From Lachnospiraceae bacterium (lineage in GTDB: Bacteria; Bacillota; Clostridia; Lachnospirales; Lachnospiraceae): a stretch of DNA of 64,000 nt. A program made the position numbers and the translations under genes. Every line of letters begins with the position of its first letter. Positions within the stretch are counted from its first letter, which is position 1. This document shows, one piece after another, positions 61,012 to 64,000 of this stretch. Under the pieces are notes generated by a model, which was not told the origin of the DNA, did no database searches, and saw nothing but the letters and a program-made list of their open reading frames with translations. The stretch is taken from NCBI GenBank assembly GCA_030524705.1, contig JAUNGD010000010.1, positions 9,345 to 73,344 on the forward strand. Direction: 5' to 3'.

Positions 61012-62313
61012 GTGGAAGCATATCTGGATAATTCGGCTACGACCCGATGCACGGATGCAGTGAAAGAGGTCGTGGTGCGCACAATGATGGAGGATTACGG
61101 GAATCCCTCATCAAAGCATATGAAGGGCGTGGAGGCGGAGCGTTATCTGAGGGATGCCCGGGAGACGATCGCCAGGACGCTTAAGGTAAATGAAAAAGAA
61201 ATTTATTTTACATCAGGGGCTACGGAGTCAAACAACTGGGCGCTGATCGGGGCTGCGACGGCAAACCGGAGAGCAGGTATGCATATCATCACAACGGCGA
61301 TCGAGCATCCTGCGGTTTTGATGCCGCTGCAGTATCTTGAGGAGCAGGGCTTTCGGGTGACGTACCTTCCGGTGGATGAAAGAGGCCACATCAGCCTGCA
61401 GGATCTGGAGGCGGCTGTCTGCGAGGATACAATTCTTGTGTCAATGATGTATGTAAACAACGAAATCGGAACAATCGAGCCCATTGCCGAGGCGGCCAAA
61501 ATAGTCAAAAAACATAATCCCCGGATCCTGTTTCATGTGGATGCAGTGCAGGCATACGGGAAGCTTGCCGTTTATCCGAAAAAGCTGGGGATAGACCTGC
61601 TTTCCGTCAGCGCACACAAGATACACGGGCCGAAGGGCATCGGATTTTTGTATGTAAATGAAAAAGCGAAGATACATCCGCTGCTGCTGGGCGGCGGACA
61701 GCAAAAGGGCATGAGATCCGGTACGGATAATGTGCCGGGAGCGGCAGGGCTGGCCCAGGCGGCGAAGGAAGCATATGAGCATCTGGAGGAAAATACGCAG
61801 CATCTTCTGAGTCTGAAGCAGAGGATGACGGCGGGACTGACGGAGCTTTCCAGAAAGCTGGAAATGGACGAAGCGGCGCAAGGAAAAGCAGCGACGGGAA
61901 AAGCAGTATCAGGAAAAGCAGCAACAGAAAAAGCCGATCCGGGGAAAGCCGGATCAGGAAAAACAGGCCCGGGAAAGGGCGGCCAGGAGCTGAAGCCGGT
62001 GGTGATCCATTCGGAGGAAGGCGAAAAGAGCGCGCCCCATATTGTGAGCGCCGCTTTCCCGGGAGTACGCAGCGAGGTGCTTTTGCATGCCCTGGAGGAA
62101 CGGAGGATTTACGTGTCGGCGGGTTCGGCCTGCTCGTCAAACAAGAAGCTTCCGGTAAGCGCGGTTCTGAAGGAGCTTCACTTGAGACCTGAGCTTTTGG
62201 AATCTACCCTGCGGTTCAGCTTCAGCCGTTATACGACGCAGGAAGAGATCGACTACTGCCTGCAGGTACTGGCTGAGCTGCTTCCGGTGCTGCGGCGGTA
62301 TGCGAGATATTAG
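61012..62313 (+). CDS. iscS: cysteine desulfurase (IscS/NifZ-type, ThiI partner)
   Basis: YLDNSATT, FTSGATESNN, EHPAV, HVDAVQ, SAHKIHGPKG, SAGSACSS; adjacent to thiI. Confidence 0.9.
   Translation: MEAYLDNSATTRCTDAVKEVVVRTMMEDYGNPSSKHMKGVEAERYLRDARETIARTLKVNEKEIYFTSGATESNNWALIGAATANRRAGMHIITTAIEHPAVLMPLQYLEEQGFRVTYLPVDERGHISLQDLEAAVCEDTILVSMMYVNNEIGTIEPIAEAAKIVKKHNPRILFHVDAVQAYGKLAVYPKKLGIDLLSVSAHKIHGPKGIGFLYVNEKAKIHPLLLGGGQQKGMRSGTDNVPGAAGLAQAAKEAYEHLEENTQHLLSLKQRMTAGLTELSRKLEMDEAAQGKAATGKAVSGKAATEKADPGKAGSGKTGPGKGGQELKPVVIHSEEGEKSAPHIVSAAFPGVRSEVLLHALEERRIYVSAGSACSSNKKLPVSAVLKELHLRPELLESTLRFSFSRYTTQEEIDYCLQVLAELLPVLRRYARY
61879..61986 (+). repeat. in-frame 15-bp (5-aa) repeat x7 inside the cysteine desulfurase
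   Basis: GKAAT-GKAVS-GKAAT-EKADP-GKAGS-GKTGP-GKGGQ. Confidence 0.88.
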
Positions 62314-62322
62314 ACGCGGTTT

Positions 62323-62460
62323 CCGGCGGCGGTGAAAGGGACAGGCGAGAGGTAAGAGCAGATTCCCGGAGGCGATGAAAGGGACAGGCGAGAGATAGGA
62401 ACAGATTCCCGGCGGCGGTGAAAGGGACAGGCGAGACGTTGGAGCAGGTCTTCGGCGGTA
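62323..62460 (+). repeat. 43-bp tandem repeat x3+ between the desulfurase gene and thiI
   Basis: CCGGCGGCGGTGAAAGGGACAGGCGAGA core at 62323, 62366, 62409. Confidence 0.92.
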
Positions 62461-62510
62461 TCGGGATATGCACAGATCATAGGAAAAGGTAGAAAAGGAA
62501 TCGGAAAAGT

Positions 62511-63689
62511 ATGTTTAAAACACTTTTAATCAAGTACGGTGAGATAGCAATTAAGGGAAAGAACCGCCATTTGTTTGAGGATGCGCTGGTGCGTCAGATT
62601 GTCCACGCGCTCAGGCCGGTGGAGGGAGATTTCCATGTATATAAGGCACAGGGGCGGATTTACATTGACTGCGAGTCAAATTATGATTTCGAAGAGACTG
62701 TGGATGCGCTGAAATGTGTGTTTGGTATTGTCGGGATCTGCCCTGTCATGAAGGTGGAGGACGAAGGACTGGAGCAGCTTGGCAACGATGTGATCGAGTT
62801 TTTGGAAAATGTGTATGACATTGACCGTCAGACCTTCAAGGTGGTGACGAGACGCGCCCGCAAGAATTATCCCATCGAGTCCATGAAGGTGAACTGCGAG
62901 CTGGGAGGCCGTATTCTCGATGCATTTCCGGGAATGCGGGTGGACGTGCATGAGCCGGAGATCACGCTGCACGTTGAGATCCGGGAAAAAATCTATATTT
63001 ATTCAAAGATCATTCCGGGGCCGGGGGGTATGCCGGTGGGCACCAACGGCAGGGCGATGCTGCTGCTCTCAGGCGGAATCGACAGCCCGGTGGCAGGCTA
63101 CATGATCTGCAAGAGGGGAGTCAGACTGGACGCCACGTATTTCCATGCGCCGCCCTATACCAGCGAGCGGGCAAAGCAGAAGGTTGTGGATCTGGCAAAG
63201 AAGGTGGCAAAATATGCGGGGCCGATCCATCTGCATGTGGTGAACTTTACGGATATTCAGCTGTATATTTATGATAAATGTCCCCATGATGAGCTGACAA
63301 TCATCATGCGCCGCTATATGATGAAGATAGCAGAGCATTTTGCCAGAGAAAACGGCGATCTGGCGCTGATCACAGGCGAAAGCATCGGGCAGGTAGCAAG
63401 CCAGACCATGCAGAGCCTTGCGGCCACGAACGAAGTCTGCACGATGCCGGTGTTCCGTCCGCTGATCGGTTTTGACAAGCAGGAAATTGTGGACATTGCG
63501 GAGAAGATAGATACGTACGAAACGTCGATTCTTCCGTTCGAAGACTGCTGTACGATCTTTGTGGCAAAGCATCCGGTGACAAAGCCGAATCTCAATGCGA
63601 TTAAGCGCTCTGAGAAAAAGCTGGAAGAGAAGATAGATGAGCTGGTAAAAACGGCGCTGGAGACCACCGAGACGATACGGATCGAGTAA
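62511..63689 (+). CDS. thiI: tRNA 4-thiouridine(8) synthase ThiI
   Basis: IKYGEIAIKGKNR, THUMP domain, PP-loop LLSGGIDSPVA, GESIGQVASQT, EDCC. Confidence 0.97.
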   Translation: MFKTLLIKYGEIAIKGKNRHLFEDALVRQIVHALRPVEGDFHVYKAQGRIYIDCESNYDFEETVDALKCVFGIVGICPVMKVEDEGLEQLGNDVIEFLENVYDIDRQTFKVVTRRARKNYPIESMKVNCELGGRILDAFPGMRVDVHEPEITLHVEIREKIYIYSKIIPGPGGMPVGTNGRAMLLLSGGIDSPVAGYMICKRGVRLDATYFHAPPYTSERAKQKVVDLAKKVAKYAGPIHLHVVNFTDIQLYIYDKCPHDELTIIMRRYMMKIAEHFARENGDLALITGESIGQVASQTMQSLAATNEVCTMPVFRPLIGFDKQEIVDIAEKIDTYETSILPFEDCCTIFVAKHPVTKPNLNAIKRSEKKLEEKIDELVKTALETTETIRIE

Positions 63690-63729
63690 AGCAAAAGAAA
63701 AAGCTGTCCAGCGGACAGCTCCTTTGCTT
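63689..63729. terminator. hairpin between the convergent thiI and HPr-like genes
   Basis: AAGCAAAAG..AGCTGTCC-AGC-GGACAGCT-CCTTTGCTT. Confidence 0.65.
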
Positions 63730-63771
63730 AAAATTTAAAATGGTCTTGCAGTTATTTAATGGTTCGTTTGA

Positions 63772-64000
63772 TTAAATAACGTATGCAGAAAGCACGCTCA
63801 TGATCTCGTCGATGTTGTCTTCTGCGTGGATATTCAGGTCAATCGGCTTGGAAAGATCAAGGCTGAAGATACCCATGATGGATTTTGCGTCAATTACGTA
63901 TCTTCCGGAAACGAGATCAAAATCATTGTTGAACTTTGTGATGTCATTAACGAAAGACTTTACTTTATCAATAGAATTTAAAGAAATCTGAACTGTTTTC
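63772..64000 (-). CDS. HPr-family phosphocarrier-like protein (start codon probably cut by the window edge)
   Basis: Not in the ORF track. Manual translation: (M)KTVQISLNSIDKVKSFVNDITKFNNDFDLVSGRYVIDAKSIMGIFSLDLSKPIDLNIHAEDNIDEIMSVLSAYVI*; carries the Ser46-type DAKSIMG motif. Confidence 0.88.
   Translation of the reverse strand, partial: KTVQISLNSIDKVKSFVNDITKFNNDFDLVSGRYVIDAKSIMGIFSLDLSKPIDLNIHAEDNIDEIMSVLSAYVI

Noticed and set aside
62323-62460. Possible mini-CRISPR array
   Set aside because: Inter-core segments are only 15 bp and similar to one another; no cas genes or leader. It is a tandem repeat.

Overview
Chromosomal segment of a spore-forming Clostridia bacterium, most likely Lachnospiraceae (inferred from gene content, gpr/spoIIP and codon style). 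Almost all genes lie on the + strand. (1) 1-12.8 kb is a visibly more AT-rich, divergently transcribed catabolic island. It holds four RraA/HMG-aldolase-like paralogues (one missed by the ORF track at 1-403), a DUF1932-type dehydrogenase, a D-cysteine-desulfhydrase-type PLP enzyme, an M20 amidohydrolase, a 5-gene peptide/nickel-type ABC importer and a MalY/PatB C-S lyase. It is the best candidate here for an undescribed pathway. (2) rlmD is followed by a CmpB-like permease, an acyltransferase-3 protein and a wall-binding SGNH protein (a possible split OatA-like O-acylation module), then an XRE regulator and a DJ-1 protein. (3) tig-clpP-clpX-lon-engB. (4) The conserved rpsT/gpr-spoIIP-lepA-hemW-hrcA(CIRCE)-grpE-dnaK-dnaJ-prmA-rsmE region is interrupted by an Opp-type ABC system with large insertions, an exported RanBP2-zinc-finger protein next to a probable IS end, DUF3786, a second SGNH gene, and a LacI-phnDCEE-nucleotidase-IMPase operon with no C-P lyase. 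(5) Dabb, ArAE exporter, ACT protein, cysteine desulfurase-thiI and a truncated His-less HPr-like gene. About ten short degenerate tandem duplications occur in the core region, several spanning stop codons and several inserted in-frame into enzymes. No rRNA, tRNA, CRISPR array, integrase or intact transposase was seen. Start codons were adjusted by eye from RBS positions, and no database searches were run.
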